From: Mobula hypostoma
Lineage: Eukaryota
Length of the DNA stretch: 64,000 bases
Direction: 5' to 3'
Assembly (NCBI RefSeq): GCF_963921235.1
Contig: NC_086108.1
Coordinates: forward strand, 109,494,001 to 109,558,000
Within the stretch, counting starts at the first letter, position 1. Every line of letters begins with the position of its first letter. The position numbers and the translations under genes are program-made. The notes under the pieces are model-generated. The model was not told the DNA's origin and ran no database searches. It worked only from the letters and a program-made list of their open reading frames with translations. This document shows, in pieces, positions 34,869-47,284 of the stretch.

Positions 34869-35774
34869 GTTAATGTCCTGGAGTGGCCAGAACAATCCAA
34901 TTGAGAATTTGTGGCTGGATTTGAAAAGGGCTGTTCACTCACGGTCCCCATGCAATCTGACAGAGCTTCAGCAGTTTTGTGAAAAAGAGTGGGGAAAAAT
35001 TACAGTCTCAGGATGTGCAAAGCTGATAGAGCGGTGAATACTTATACAATGAATTATTTTGTGTTTTGTATTTGTAATTCATTTAGATCACTTTGTAGAG
35101 CTCTGCTTTCACTTTGACATGAAAGAGTCTTTTTCTGTTGATCAGTGTCAAAAAAGCCAAATTAAATCCACTGTGATTCAATGTTGTAAAACATAAAAAC
35201 TTTCAAAGTGGGTGAATACTTTTTATAGACATTGTGTATATATACTTTTTATTGTACTTTATGGTTTGTTTTATTATGTATTTCAATGTACTGCTGCCGC
35301 AAGCCAACAAGTTTCACAACATATGCCAGTGATAATAAACCTGATTCTGAAAATCTCACAGACATCTCCATCCCCACCATCGGTAGTATCTACAGGAGAT
35401 GCTGGCTGAAGAAGGCAACATCGTTATTGAAGAACCTCAACATCAGCGTGATGCCATCTTTTTGCAGCCAACATTGGGAGGAAGTACAGTAGCAGTGGTC
35501 CCACACAACCAGGTTCAAAAAGAGTTACTTTCCTTCAACCATTCAGTTCTTGAACCAACAGGCGCAATACTAATCCCAACCTCAAGATAAAGATAAAAGA
35601 TGAAGATTAGCTTTATTCGTCACATGTTCATCAAAACCTATAGTGAAGTGTGTGGTTGTTTCAACGCAATCAGTGAGGATTGTGCTGGGAAGCTCTCACA
35701 GGTGTCATCACTCCTTCAGCATCTCCATAGCACGTCCACAACTCACTAACCCTAACTGCACTGTGGGAGGAAGT

Positions 35775-36132
35775 GGTGGCCTTGATAAAGCGGACATGGA
35801 GAGGATGTTTTCTATGGCAGTGGAATCTAAGACCAGGGAGCTCAGCCTCAGAATAGAGAGAAGTCCATTTATAATGGAGATGAGGAGGAATTTCTTTAGC
35901 CAGAGAATAGTGAATCTGTGGAGTTCGTTGCCACAGGCAGCTGTGCAGGAAAAGTCACTGAGTATGTTTAAGGCAGAGGCTGATAGCTTCTTGATTAGTC
36001 AGGGCATGAAGGGTTACAGGAGGAAGTCAGGAGACTGGGCATGAGAGGGTAATGGTTCAGCAATGATGAAATTGTGGAGCAGACCAGATGGGCCAAATGG
36101 CCTAATTCTATTCCTATTTCTTATGGTCTTAT
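35775..36132 (+). mobile_element. CR1 3' end inserted in a minus-strand V-SINE-like element
   Basis: GLDKADMERMF...RRNFFSQRIVNLW; the SINE motif GGGAG-GAAACCGGAGC is split around it. Confidence 0.8.
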
Positions 36133-36639
36133 GGAAACCGGAGCATCCGGAGGAAATCCACACAGTCATGGAGAGAACACACAAACTCCTTATAGACAAC
36201 AGTGGGAAATGAACCCCAATCAGTATCTGTAGGTATTAACCACGATACCATGCCGCCTGCTATCACAACATTGAGGTAATTTCTGATTGCCCAAAATGTC
36301 GACAGACATTTCCATTGATGCTGCCTGACCTGCTGAGTTCCTCCAGCATTGTGTGTGGGTGTTGCTTTGGATTTCCAACATCTGCAGAATCTCTTGTGTT
36401 TGTGACTCTTGCAGCTTAGACCACTTTGCACAAAAATCAACTCTGTTCTTAATTTGTACTGATTGTGTTTATCTTTCAGTTCAAGTTGGTTTAATTGTTA
36501 ATCAACCACACTCATGTATACAGATAAACAAAGCATCGTTGTTCTTATGAACTTTGTGTATCTGATTCTGTGCCTGTGATACTGCTACAAGTACTGTAGG
36601 TTTTCCATTCCTGCTGTGCATACATATACTTGTACATTT

Positions 36640-37122
36640 TCTGTATACCTCTTCCTCGATGGCCTACTCTCGGTGGAAGACGGCCAGTAACATCGTGAAG
36701 GATCCCACCCACCCTGCTCATGGACTGTTTGTCCCACTTCCAGGAGTGACTAGGGAGGAGGCTACGTAACATCCATGCCAGGACCACCAGACTCAAAAAC
36801 AGTTACTTTCCCTGAGCAGTGAGGCTGATCAACTTCTCCACCCATTAACCCACCCCTCCACACCCCCGACCACCACTACTTTATTATTTCCTGTCAGTCA
36901 CCTTATGTACAGGCACTCATATGTCTAGCATCACCTTATGGACATACAGTCAATTGATGTACATAAGCTATCTTATGTATTTATATTTATTATGTTTTTT
37001 TTATTATTGTGTTCTTTATCTTATTGTGTTTTTATGTGTTGTATCAGATCTGGAGTAACATTTATTTAATTCTCATTTACACTTGTGTAGTGGAAATAAG
37101 ATTAAACAATCTTGAATCTTGA
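36640..37122 (+). mobile_element. Rex1/Babar 3' end
   Basis: NIVKDPTHPAHGLFVPLP; (TCTTGAA)n tail. Confidence 0.8.
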
Positions 37123-37715
37123 AATATGGCAGTAAATTTCACCTTGACTGTCACTCTGAAGTGCATACATTTTAAGGCGATGAATGCCTGGGGAAAATCC
37201 TAATTGATTCATTTTCCTTACGTTCAGACGTAGCACTCTCTGAATACCAGGGATTAGACTTTAACATAATGAAGCAAGTTAAAGGATTGTCCTGCTCTCC
37301 CACAGGGATACAGAGGCTGGCCAAACCACTGACACTACTTCAGGACCATTACTCTTGGGATGAACTATTTATGTCTTTGTTTCTATTGTTCCCGCAGGGT
37401 GCGGAGGGCAGGGAACAGCAGTGCGCTTCGCTTCGGTGCCATTGAGTGAAATATACATATTGATGTGCGAATCGGGAGCAGGAGTTAGGCCAGTCTGCCT
37501 TTCAGGCCTGCTGTGCGCTTCAATAAGATGGTGGCTGTTCTGAATGTGCCGTTGATAATCTGTCTCCCTCTGCCTCAATGTTGTACAAAGATTCTATGTC
37601 TATTGTCCTCTTAGCAAGAGAGTCTAAAGACATCAGAGCACTTGTTCTGCAAATTCACCCTGCCGGGATCCTCAACGATACTGTGCAATAAAACACCCCA
37701 ACAATCTTTTCAAAA

Positions 37716-38305
37716 AGTTCAAAATAAATTTATTCTCAAAGTACATATATATCACCATATACAGCCCTGTGATTCATTTTCCTGTGGCCGTGCTCAGTAT
37801 ATCTATAGAACAGTAACCAAAGAAGAATCAATGAAAGACCGCCTAACTTCGTGCGTTCAAACAGAGTGCAAAGGACAACAAACTGTGCAAGTACAAAAAA
37901 AGAAAGAAATAAATAAGCAATAAATATCAAGAACATGAGATGAAGAGTCCTTGAAAGTGAGTCCATAGGTTGTGGGAACAAATCAATGCTGAGGTGAGTG
38001 AAGTTGAATGAAGTTTTCCCCTCTGGTTCAGGAGCCTGATGGTTGAGGGGTAATAACCATTCCTGAACCTGGTGGTGTGGTTCCAAAGGCTCCTGCACCT
38101 TCATCCTGATGGCAGGCGCTAAAGTAGAGCATGTCCTGAATGGTGGGGGTCCATGATGATGGATGCTGCTCTCGTGTGATAGCCTTTCATATAGACATGC
38201 TCAATGGTGGGGGGAGTCTTTAATCGTGATGGGCTGGGCAGTGTCCACTACTTTTCGTAGGATTTTCCATTCAAAGGCATCAGTGTTTCCATGCCAGGCG
38301 ATGAT
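37716..38305 (-). mobile_element. Rex1/Babar 3' end
   Basis: Minus-strand SIIMDPHHSGHALL-type remnant plus 3' UTR. Confidence 0.75.
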
Positions 38306-38877
38306 CATTGAAGACCATGACTTTAGAGGAAATCATCAAAGATAATGTGGCGCCCAGCCACAAAGGGGAAATTTAGTTCAAGTTCAGTTTATTGTCATTC
38401 AGCTGTATGCATGTATACCCTCAAACAAGACAATGTTCCTCTGAACCAAGGTGCACAACATGGTACATATAACTCACACACAGCACATAAAGTAATAATA
38501 CCACAAATAAATTAACAAATAATAAAATGCATTTACGACACAAATTAAAAACTAAACTTACTTTAGACTGAATTGAGTTGCTGTACAGAATGGTTACAAC
38601 ACAGCAGAGGCTACTTGGATCATGTAATGTACTGTTTCCTTACCAGAGCAAGTCACTAGTTCACTTGCCCTGGGCTTTTCTCCATTAACCCTCAGATTTT
38701 ATCCGTCATTTAGAATACTGTGAGTAATTTCAGAAGGATGAGTCGCATCTCATTGAAACCTACTAAATACTAAATATGAAAAGGCCTGGATAGAGTTGTC
38801 ATGGAAAGGATTTTCCATTAGTAGGAGTCCATTCATTGCCAGCTGGTTTAAATCTTGGAAATATCCTTATATCCTTA

Positions 38878-39190
38878 GTAAAGGCATCCGTTAGTCTTGT
38901 GAGACCATGGATCTGCGGCTGGAAAGTCTTCACTCTCCAGGGTGTAGGCCTGGGCAAAGTTGTATGGAAGACCAGCAGTTGTCCATGCTGCAAGTCTCCC
39001 CTCTCCACGACACCAATGTTGTCCAAGGGAAGGGCATTAGGACCCATACGGCTTGGCACCAGTGTCATCGCAGAGCGATGTGTGGTTAAGTGCCTTGCTC
39101 AATGACACAACACGTTCCCTCGGTTGGGGCTCGAACTCACAACCTTCAGGTCGCTAGTCCAATGCCTTAACCACTTGGCCACGTGCCCAC
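38878..39190 (-). mobile_element. tRNA/CORE SINE (copy 4)
   Basis: TSD TTATATCCTTA at 38867-38877 and 39191-39201. Confidence 0.88.
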
Positions 39191-39300
39191 TTATATCCTT
39201 AATATCCTTAATACTATCCTTAATATCCTATTACTAGTATCCTTAATACAAATATCCTTAATATCCTTACACTAGTATCCTTAATATCCGAATACTATCA
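39191..39300. repeat. Imperfect (TATCCTTAA)n array at the SINE 5' junction
   Basis: About 9 TATCCTTA-containing units with short variable spacers. Confidence 0.85.
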
Positions 39301-40293
39301 CTTGTAGTTAGACCAAAATAGAATTTAGTTATGTTCTGGTCACCTCATTTTGCCCCCTGGTGTTAGCCATTTCCACCCTGGATAAAGTCTCTGGCTGTCC
39401 ACTCTATCTATACATCTTATTGTCTTGTACACCTCTGTCAAGACACCTCTCATCCTCCTTTGCTCCAGAGAGAAATGCCCTAGCTTTCTCAACCTTTCCT
39501 CATAAAACATACTCTCCATACCAGTCAGGGTCCTGATAATTTTTTTCTGCACCCTCTCTAAAGCTTCCACGTCCTTCCTATAATGAAGTGACCAGTTTGG
39601 ATTCATGTCAAGAGGGGCCTTAGAGACGGTGCAGAGGATGTTTTATGAAGATAAGTTGAGTGAGCCAGGGCTTTTCTCTTTGGAGCAAAAGATGAGAGGC
39701 GACTTGATAGCCGTGTACAATATGATAAGGAGCATAGGCAGAGTGGAACATCAGCATCTTTTTTCCCAGGGCAGTAATGGCTGATACAAGAGGACATTAT
39801 TGTAAGGTGATTGGAGGAAAGCATAGTAGGGATGTCAGAGGTAGTTTATTTCAAAGTTTAAAGTAAATTTTATTGTCAAAGTATATATGTGTCACCATAT
39901 ACAACCCTGAGATTCATGTTCAGCTAATCTATAGAATAGTAATTATAACACGATCAATGAAAGGTTAACCAGAGTGCAGAAGGCAACAAACTGTGCAAAT
40001 GCAAGTATAAATAAATAGCAATAAATAACGAGAACATGAAATAATGAGATAAGAGTCCATAAAGTGAGATCATTGGCTGTGGGATCACTTCAATGATTTT
40101 ATCCCCGGTTGATGGATAGACTGTCCTTGAACCTGGTGGTGCGAGTGCTGAGGGTTTTCTACCTTCTACCTGGAAGCAGCAGTGAGAGGAGAGCATGGCC
40201 TGGGTAAGAGGGGATTCCTGATGCTGGCTGCTGCTTTACCATGACAGCCTTTCATGTAGATGAGCTCAATGGTTGGATTTCACAGAATGGAAT

Positions 40294-40628
40294 CAGAATC
40301 AGAATCCTTTATTATCACCAAGTATGTGGACACATACAGGGAATTTGATGCCGGTTTCCCTGAGCTCTCGCTGTACAGAATCAAGAAGCAAACAAAACAA
40401 TAGTGCAAATGAACGTGAACTATATACAATGAGGTATACCTGTCTATGTACAGGTGAACCTGGTTTATAATAGACTAAAATTCAAGAGTTCATAAGACTG
40501 ATAGCACACGGAAAGAAACTGTTCTTATACCTATTTGTCTTGTACCTAATTGGCTTTCATCCAAGATGGCGCCGCGGATGGCTGCCTCGGTACTGTGCTC
40601 TCTGGTACTGTTGCTGTTTTTTTTTCCT
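40294..40628. mobile_element. LINE 3' end (minus) fused to an inverted LINE 5' end (plus)
   Basis: (AGAATC)n and TTTATT at the left; CCAAGATGGCGCCGCGG at 40561; GAATGGAAT duplicated on both sides. Confidence 0.65.
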
Positions 40629-41697
40629 GAATGGAATGCTCTGCCAGGGGTGGTGGTAGAGGCAGATACATTAGAGACATTTAACAACATAAGACCATAA
40701 GGCATAGGAGCAGAATTAGGCCATTTGGCCCATCTGGTCTACTTCATCATTCCATTGTGTTTTATTATCCCTCTCAACCCCATTCTGCTGCCTTCTCCCC
40801 GTAAATCTTAAGAGACTCTTAGATAGACATACAAATGAAGGCAAAATGGAGAGCTCTGTGGGAGGGAAAGGGTAGGTTTATCTTGGAGTTAGTTAAAAGA
40901 TCAGCTTAACATTGTTGGCCAAAGGCCATATACTTTGTTGTACTGCTCCATGTTCTGTGTTCAAAGGTACACAGCATATCTTCACCTTAAGGATACCAAC
41001 AGTACAATGTGGGGCTCACCAGAACTTTCTCAAGTGCTGGCTTTGTTAACAACAACTAAATCAAGTACAAGAAATGCAGGGTGTTGCCTTGAGCATACCC
41101 TGTGGCTTCTTCGTTCGTCATTTTTGTGAATCTGGAATATTTCCCTCCAAGGTGACCTGTGAGTGAAATCAGCCAACTTGGAATCGAAACCTCCAACCCT
41201 CAGAACTTCTTGGCTTGCCGCCTTTAAGCCTCAGGCCAGTGGGCACATTTGTGCGCTGTGCACCGTTCCACCCTGATATTAGAAGAGATCCTGGTGCAGA
41301 GCGAAACATCACAACCATATGTATTTCATTGTCCAGCTCTGTCTACAGTGACTAACCACCAAGCTCCACACTGCTGTGATCATGTCAACAAGATAAATGT
41401 GTTTGTTGTGGTCAAATTATTTTGGTACTGTGTACAGTTGCTAAAACAAAAAACACATATAAATCATAGCTCTGGTGTCTATGGAGACTGCTTGAGTAGA
41501 GCTTCCATTATTAGCACAGAGCTGATTCTCTGGAGGGTCTTTGGAGTGGTCGGTAGCAGGGATCATGACTATGTACCTCCTTTATCCTATCCGCACTATA
41601 CCCCAGTCCTTGACCCACTTCCCTTCCAGAGTGGAGAATACATTAGATAAAAGCCAAAGTGTTTTATGAAGGCAAACATAGGGTAGATTGCCACTCA

Positions 41698-42535
41698 TAA
41701 GCACAAGAGATTCTGCAGATGCTGGAAATCCAGAGCTACACACACAAAATGGAGGAAATCAGCAGGTCGGGCAGCATCTATGGAAAGGAATAAACAATCA
41801 ATGGTCTCGATGAAGAGTCTTGGCCTGAAACATCGACTGATTATTCCCTCCATAGAAGCTGCCTGGCCTACTGAGTTCCTCTGGAATTTTGTGTGTGTTG
41901 CTTCCTGTAACGAGGGAGCAAAGGAGAATAAGAATAAAATTATGGAGCGGAAGAAGTAGTTGACGCTTCAGGCTGTGACTCTTCATCAGGATTGGAAAGA
42001 AAGGGGGCGGAGTAAGAAGGTAGAGGAAAGAAGTACAAGACGACTAGTGACGGGTGAGTCCAGTTGAGGTAAATGAGGGAGGGAGGTAAATAAAGTCAGA
42101 AGATGGGAGGTGATAGGTGGAAGAAGTAAAGGGCTGAAGAAGAAGGAATCTGATAGGAGAGGACATCAAAGTAGGAAGGGAAATGAAGGATGAAATGGGC
42201 ATGTCCTGAGAGTGGGGAGGATAAAAAAGGAGTGAGAAGACTGGTAGAATGGAGGATACACAAAAAATGGTGGGCTGAGGGAGAAACAGATGTAATTTAG
42301 AGAAATCAATGTTCATGCCATCAAGTTGGAAACTCCCCAGATGTAAGGTATACTGAGGTATAATAAGATAAACAATAACAATGCAGAATAAAGTGTAAAT
42401 AGAAGAGATTCTGCAGATGCTGGAAATCCAGACTAATATACACAAAATTCCGGAGGAATTTTGCAGGCCAGGCAGCATCCATGGAGGGAAACAAACAGTT
42501 GATGTTTTGGGCCAACACCCTTTTTCAGGACTCAG
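41698..42535. mobile_element. Cluster of Penelope pseudo-LTR pieces, including an old fold-back (41698-41902)
   Basis: Degenerate hammerheads at about 41803-41839 (+), 41958-41993 (-) and 42496-42532 (-). Confidence 0.75.
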
Positions 42536-44320
42536 AATGAAGTGTAAAATAATCAAATTAATGAATGGATCTGCAGGGCCCAGCTTTCCATGAGTCACCA
42601 AGCTCCAGACCTTCTACCTGCATTTGGCCTTATCGTAATAGTATAGGAGACCACGTTCAGACACATCAGTATAGGAACGGGAAAATGGGTGGCCACTTTC
42701 AGTGCAGGTAGAGGGAGGGTCTTCACCTGAAATGTTGACCAGCCCGATTCACCTCCATAGATGTTGTCTAATTTTATGATATCTCCAGCACTTTAATTTT
42801 CATTCCTTCATCCCAAGACCTCCAGAAAGGAATTACCTCTCTGAATACCGGAGCCTTTATTGCCCCTTACCAAGGAAGATGATGACCTACACTTTGGAAT
42901 TATTCCATGTCAGCCTTCGTACATTAGAACATAGAACTGTACAGGCCTTTTGGCTAACAATGTTGTTCTGGCCTTTTAACTTCCAAGATCAATCTAACCC
43001 TTCCCTCTTACATAGCCTTTGTTTTTCTTTCATCCACGTGCCTACTTAAGAGTTTCAAAAATGCTCCCAATGTCTTTGCCTCTACTACCACATCTGACAG
43101 GTGTGTTCCACGCGCTCACCACTCTCTATGTAAAAGACCTATCTCTGACTTCCCTACTATACTTTCCTCCATTCACCTTAAAAGTAGCCCCTCTCATATC
43201 CTGCAAATTCTGGAAACCCAGAGAAACACACACAAGATGCTGGTAGAACTCAGAAGATCAGTGCAGAAATTGCAGGGGCTCTAGCAAAGATATGTAAAAC
43301 ATCCTTAGGCACGGGTGAGGTACCGGAGGATTGGAGGATAGCTAATAGTGTCCCATTGTTTAAGAAAGGCTCCAAGAATAAGCCAGGAAATTATAAAGCA
43401 CTGAGTTTGACATCATCAGTAGTGGGTAAGTTATAAGAAGGTATTCCAAGGGACCAGATATATATGTATTTGGATAGATAAGGATTGATTAGAGATAAAT
43501 AACTTGGCTTTATGTGTGGAGAGTTGTGTTGAACCAATCTTATAGAGTTTTTCGGGGAAATTACCAGTAAAGTTGGTAAAGACGTGGCAGTGAATGTTGT
43601 CTACGTGGACTTTAGCAAGGCCTTTGACAAGGTCCCACAAGAGAAGTTGATCACGAAGGTTCAGTCAATTTGGATTCAAGATGAAGTAGTAAATTGGATT
43701 AGACACTGACTTCATGGAAGAAGCCAGAGAGTGGTGGTAAATCACAAACACAAGTAAGTCTTCAGATACTGGAAATACAAAACAACACTCAAAATGCTGG
43801 AGGAGATCAGTAGATCAGACAGCATCTATAGAAAAGAGTAAACAGCCAATATTTCAAGCCGAGACCCTTCTTCAGGACTGAAAGAGCAGTAGTAGATGGT
43901 TGCCTTACTCTGACTGGGGGCCTATGACTATGGGTGTGCCACAGGGATCAGTGCTGAGTCTATTCCTGTTTGTCATCTATATCAACAGTCTGGATGATAA
44001 TGTGGTTAACTGGATCAGGAAATTTGTGAATGACGCCAAAATTGAGGGTGTAGTGAATAGCAAGGAAGACCATCAAAGCCCGCAGTAGGATCTGAACCAG
44101 CTGGGAAAAATGGGCTGAAAAATGTCAGATGGAATTTAATGCCGACAAGTGTGAGGTGTTGCACTTTCAGAGGACAAACCCAGCTTAGGACGTATATGAT
44201 GAGGAGTAGAACAGAAGGATCTGGGAATACAGATCCATACTTCCTTAAAAGTGGCATCATAAGGTCATAAAGAAAGCTTTTGAAACACTGGCCTTCATAA
44301 GTCATTATATTGAGTACAGG

Positions 44321-44955
44321 TAAACACAAGGAACTCTGCAGATGCTGGAAATTCAAGCAACACACATCAAAGTTGCTGGTGAATGCTCCCAGTGGCCACA
44401 CATTTTAATTCCGCATCCCATTCCCATTCTGACATGTCTATCCACGACCTCCTCTACTGTAAAAATGAAGCCACACTCAGGTTGGAGGAACAACACTTCA
44501 TATTCCGTCTGGGTAGCCTCCAACCTGATGGCATGAACATTGACTTCTCAAACTTCTGCTAATGCCCCACCTCCCCCTCGTACCCCATCCGTTATTTATT
44601 TATATACACACATTCTTTCTCTCTCTCTCTCTCTCCTTTTTCTCCCTCTGTCCCTCTCACTATACCCCTTGCCCATCCTCTGGGTTTTTCCCCCCTCTCC
44701 CTTTTCCTTCTCTCTGGGCCTCCTGTCCCATGATCCTCTCATATCCCTTTTGCCAATCACCTGTCCAGCTCTTGGCTCCATCCCTCCCCGTCCTGTCTTC
44801 TCCTATCATTTTCGATCTCCCACTTCCCCTCCCACTTTCAAATCTCTTACTAGCTCTTCTTTCAGTTAGTCCTGACGAAGGGTCTCAGCCCGAAACATCG
44901 ACTGTACCTCTTCCTAGAGATGCTGCCTGGCCTGCTGCATTCACCAGCAATTTCG
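44321..44955 (+). mobile_element. Young Penelope insertion: short inverted pseudo-LTR, GIY-YIG C-terminus, pseudo-LTR; 14-bp TSD
   Basis: ATATTGAGTACAGG at 44307-44320 and 44956-44969; LRLEEQHFIFRLGSLQPDGMNIDFSNF. Confidence 0.9.
44868..44903 (+). ncRNA. Minimal hammerhead motif (ACAT instead of ACGT in stem III)
   Basis: AGTC-CTGACGA-A-GGGTCTCAGCCC-GAAA-CATC-GACT. Confidence 0.55.
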
Positions 44956-45439
44956 ATATTGAGTACAGGATTTGGGATGTTATGTTGGAATTGTGTAAGA
45001 TGTTGGTGAGGCCTACTTTGGGGTATTTTGTGCAGTTTTGGTCACCCACCTACAGGAAAGATATAAATAAGATTGAAAGAGTATAGAGTAAATTTTACAA
45101 GGATATTATTGGGAGCTGAGGTTATAGGGAGAATGCAAGCAGGCTTTTTCTACTGAGATTGGAAGAGACTACAACTAGAGATTATGGGTTAAGTGTAAAA
45201 GACAAAATGGTTAAGAGGAACATGTGAGGGAACCTCTTCACTCTGAGGGTGGTGAGAGTGTGGGATGTGCTGTCAGCCCAAGTGGTAGATGTGGGGTTGA
45301 GTTTAACATTTTAGAGAACCTTGGATAGGTTCATGCATAAGAGGGGTATGGAGTCTATGGTCCAGGTGCAGGTCAAAGGGGATTGGCAGGTTAATGGTTC
45401 AGCACAGATTAGATGGGCCGATGGGCCTGTTTCTGTTCT

Positions 45440-46188
45440 GTACCTCCTGTACCTAATAACGTTGCCACTGAGTGAATTTTCGTAGTCTTCTGCTGCTGCA
45501 GCTCACCCACTTCAAGGTTCGATGTGCTGTGCGTTCAGAGATGCTCTTCTGCACATCACTATTGTAATGTGTGGTTATTTGAGTTACTGTCGCCTTCCGT
45601 CAGCTTGAACCAGTCCGGTCACTCTCCTCAGCCCTCTCTCATTAACAAGGAGTTTACGCCCACAGCATCGCTGCTCACTGGATGTTTTTTTTTTGTTTCC
45701 TGCATCATTCCCTGTGATCCCTAGAGACTGTTGTGAATGAAAATCCCAGCAGATACTCAAACCACCCTGTCCGGCACCAACAATCATTCCACAGTCAGAG
45801 TCACTTAGACTTCTTCTCCATTCTGATGTTTAATGTGAACAACCCCTGAACCTGTTGACCATGTCTGCATGCTGTTGTGCATTGAGTTGCTGCTACAGGA
45901 TCGACTGATTAGATTTTCCCATCAACGAGATGGTACACTTCTTCCCCTCCACCATCAGAGTTCTGAATGGACAATAAACCACGTACACTCCCTCACTGTT
46001 CTTTTCATGCTCACTTTGTGCTCACTTTTTATTTAATTTCTATATTTATCTTATTGCAATTTATAGTTTTTATGATAATGCATTGTATTGTACTGCTGCC
46101 ACAAGACAACAGGTTTCATAACATATGCCGGTGATTTTAAACCTGATTCTGATTCTACAGGTGTACCTAATAAAGTGGCCACTGAGTG
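45440..46188 (-). mobile_element. Non-autonomous Tc1-like element with a nested Rex/Babar 3' end
   Basis: GTACCTAATAAAGTGGCCACTGAGT terminus at 46163-46187; minus-strand HTH remnant. Confidence 0.75.
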
Positions 46189-47284
46189 GATGTGTGAAAT
46201 ATCGATTTCTCCGACTTACAGTAATTTTCCCCCTCCTCCATCCTCTATTCTTCAACTCCGCACTCGGGCTCCCCTCTTACCTCTTCTCTTCTCCTCAGCT
46301 GCTTATCACCTCCACCTGTTTCCCCTCTTCCTTCCCTTTCTTCCACGGTCCACTCTCCTCTCCTATTAGACCCCTTCTTCTCCAGCCTTTTACCCTTTCC
46401 CCCGATCGGCTCCCAGCTTCTTACTTCATCCCCCCTCACCTGGCTTCACCTATCACCTTCTAGCTTGTACGCCTTCACCTCCCCCCATCTTCCTATTCTG
46501 GGTTCTTCCTTTTTCAGTCCTGAAAAAGGGTCTCAGCCCAAAATGTCGACCATTTATTCCTCTCCACAGACCTGCTGAGTTCCTACAGCATTATGTGTGT
46601 GTTGCTCTAGATTTCCAGCATTTGCAGAATCTCTTCTATTGTGAAATTCTCCATTTCTTCATTTACTTACAATTTCCTGGCCCTGACCACCTCATTATCC
46701 ACTGAACCCATGTCCTCCATTCTATCCCCCTTGGTTCAGTCCTTTCCCATCTGCATCCACAACACTTCTCAGGCTCTCAATCTCTTCACTAACTTTCAAT
46801 TCCCTGGCCCAGGCCACCTCTTTTTCACCATCAGTCCCTATATACTTCTATCCCCCATCAAGAAGGCCTCAAAGCTCTCCATTTCTTTCTCAAAAAAAAG
46901 AACCAAGCAATTCCCCTCCCTTACCATCCTTCTTTGTCTGGCAGAACTGATCCTCACCCTCAATAATCTCTCCTTTGGCTCCTCCCAAATTCTTCACACT
47001 CAAGGGGTAGCCATGGGCCCCAACTGTGCTTTGCCTTTTTCCTTGGTTACATAGAACGGTCCATGTTCCCCAGTAGTTCTCCCCAACTGTTCCTGCGTTT
47101 CATTGACAACTGTCCTAGTGTTGTTTCATGCACCTATGCTGAGCTCATCAATTTCATCCACTTTGCCTCAAACTTCCACCCTGCCATTAAGTTCACTTTG
47201 TCCATTTCTGCTACCTCCCTCCACTTTCTTGATTTCTTTGTCTCCATCGTTGAAGACAAATTGTCGACTAATACCTTTTATAAT

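Larger units (their letters stand above)
32669..35036 (+). pseudogene. Tc1 DDE transposase pseudogene
   Basis: MKTKEHSKQLYEKVIERHKSG.. HTH, WSD(K)[10 protein letters not shown] and NPIENLW, with stops, frameshifts and an insertion at 33440-34868. Confidence 0.9.
32281..35234 (+). mobile_element. Tc1 DNA transposon (Passport/PPTN-like) with long TIRs, interrupted by two Rex1 copies
   Basis: About 200-bp inverted repeats (GTGCCTATAAAAAGTATTCACC...TTTGACACTGATCAACA vs TGTTGATCAGTGTCAAAA...GGTGAATACTTTTTATAGACA) around a transposase pseudogene. Confidence 0.9.
43260..45440 (+). mobile_element. CR1 RT pseudogene with two Penelope insertions
   Basis: VYVDFSKAFDKVP, GVPQGSVLSLFLFVIYIN and LVRPTLGYFVQFWSP; 3' UTR present. 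Confidence 0.9.

Noticed and set aside
41249..41650. 133-aa ORF in unique sequence
   Set aside because: Non-ATG start, no recognisable domain and no convincing splice structure.
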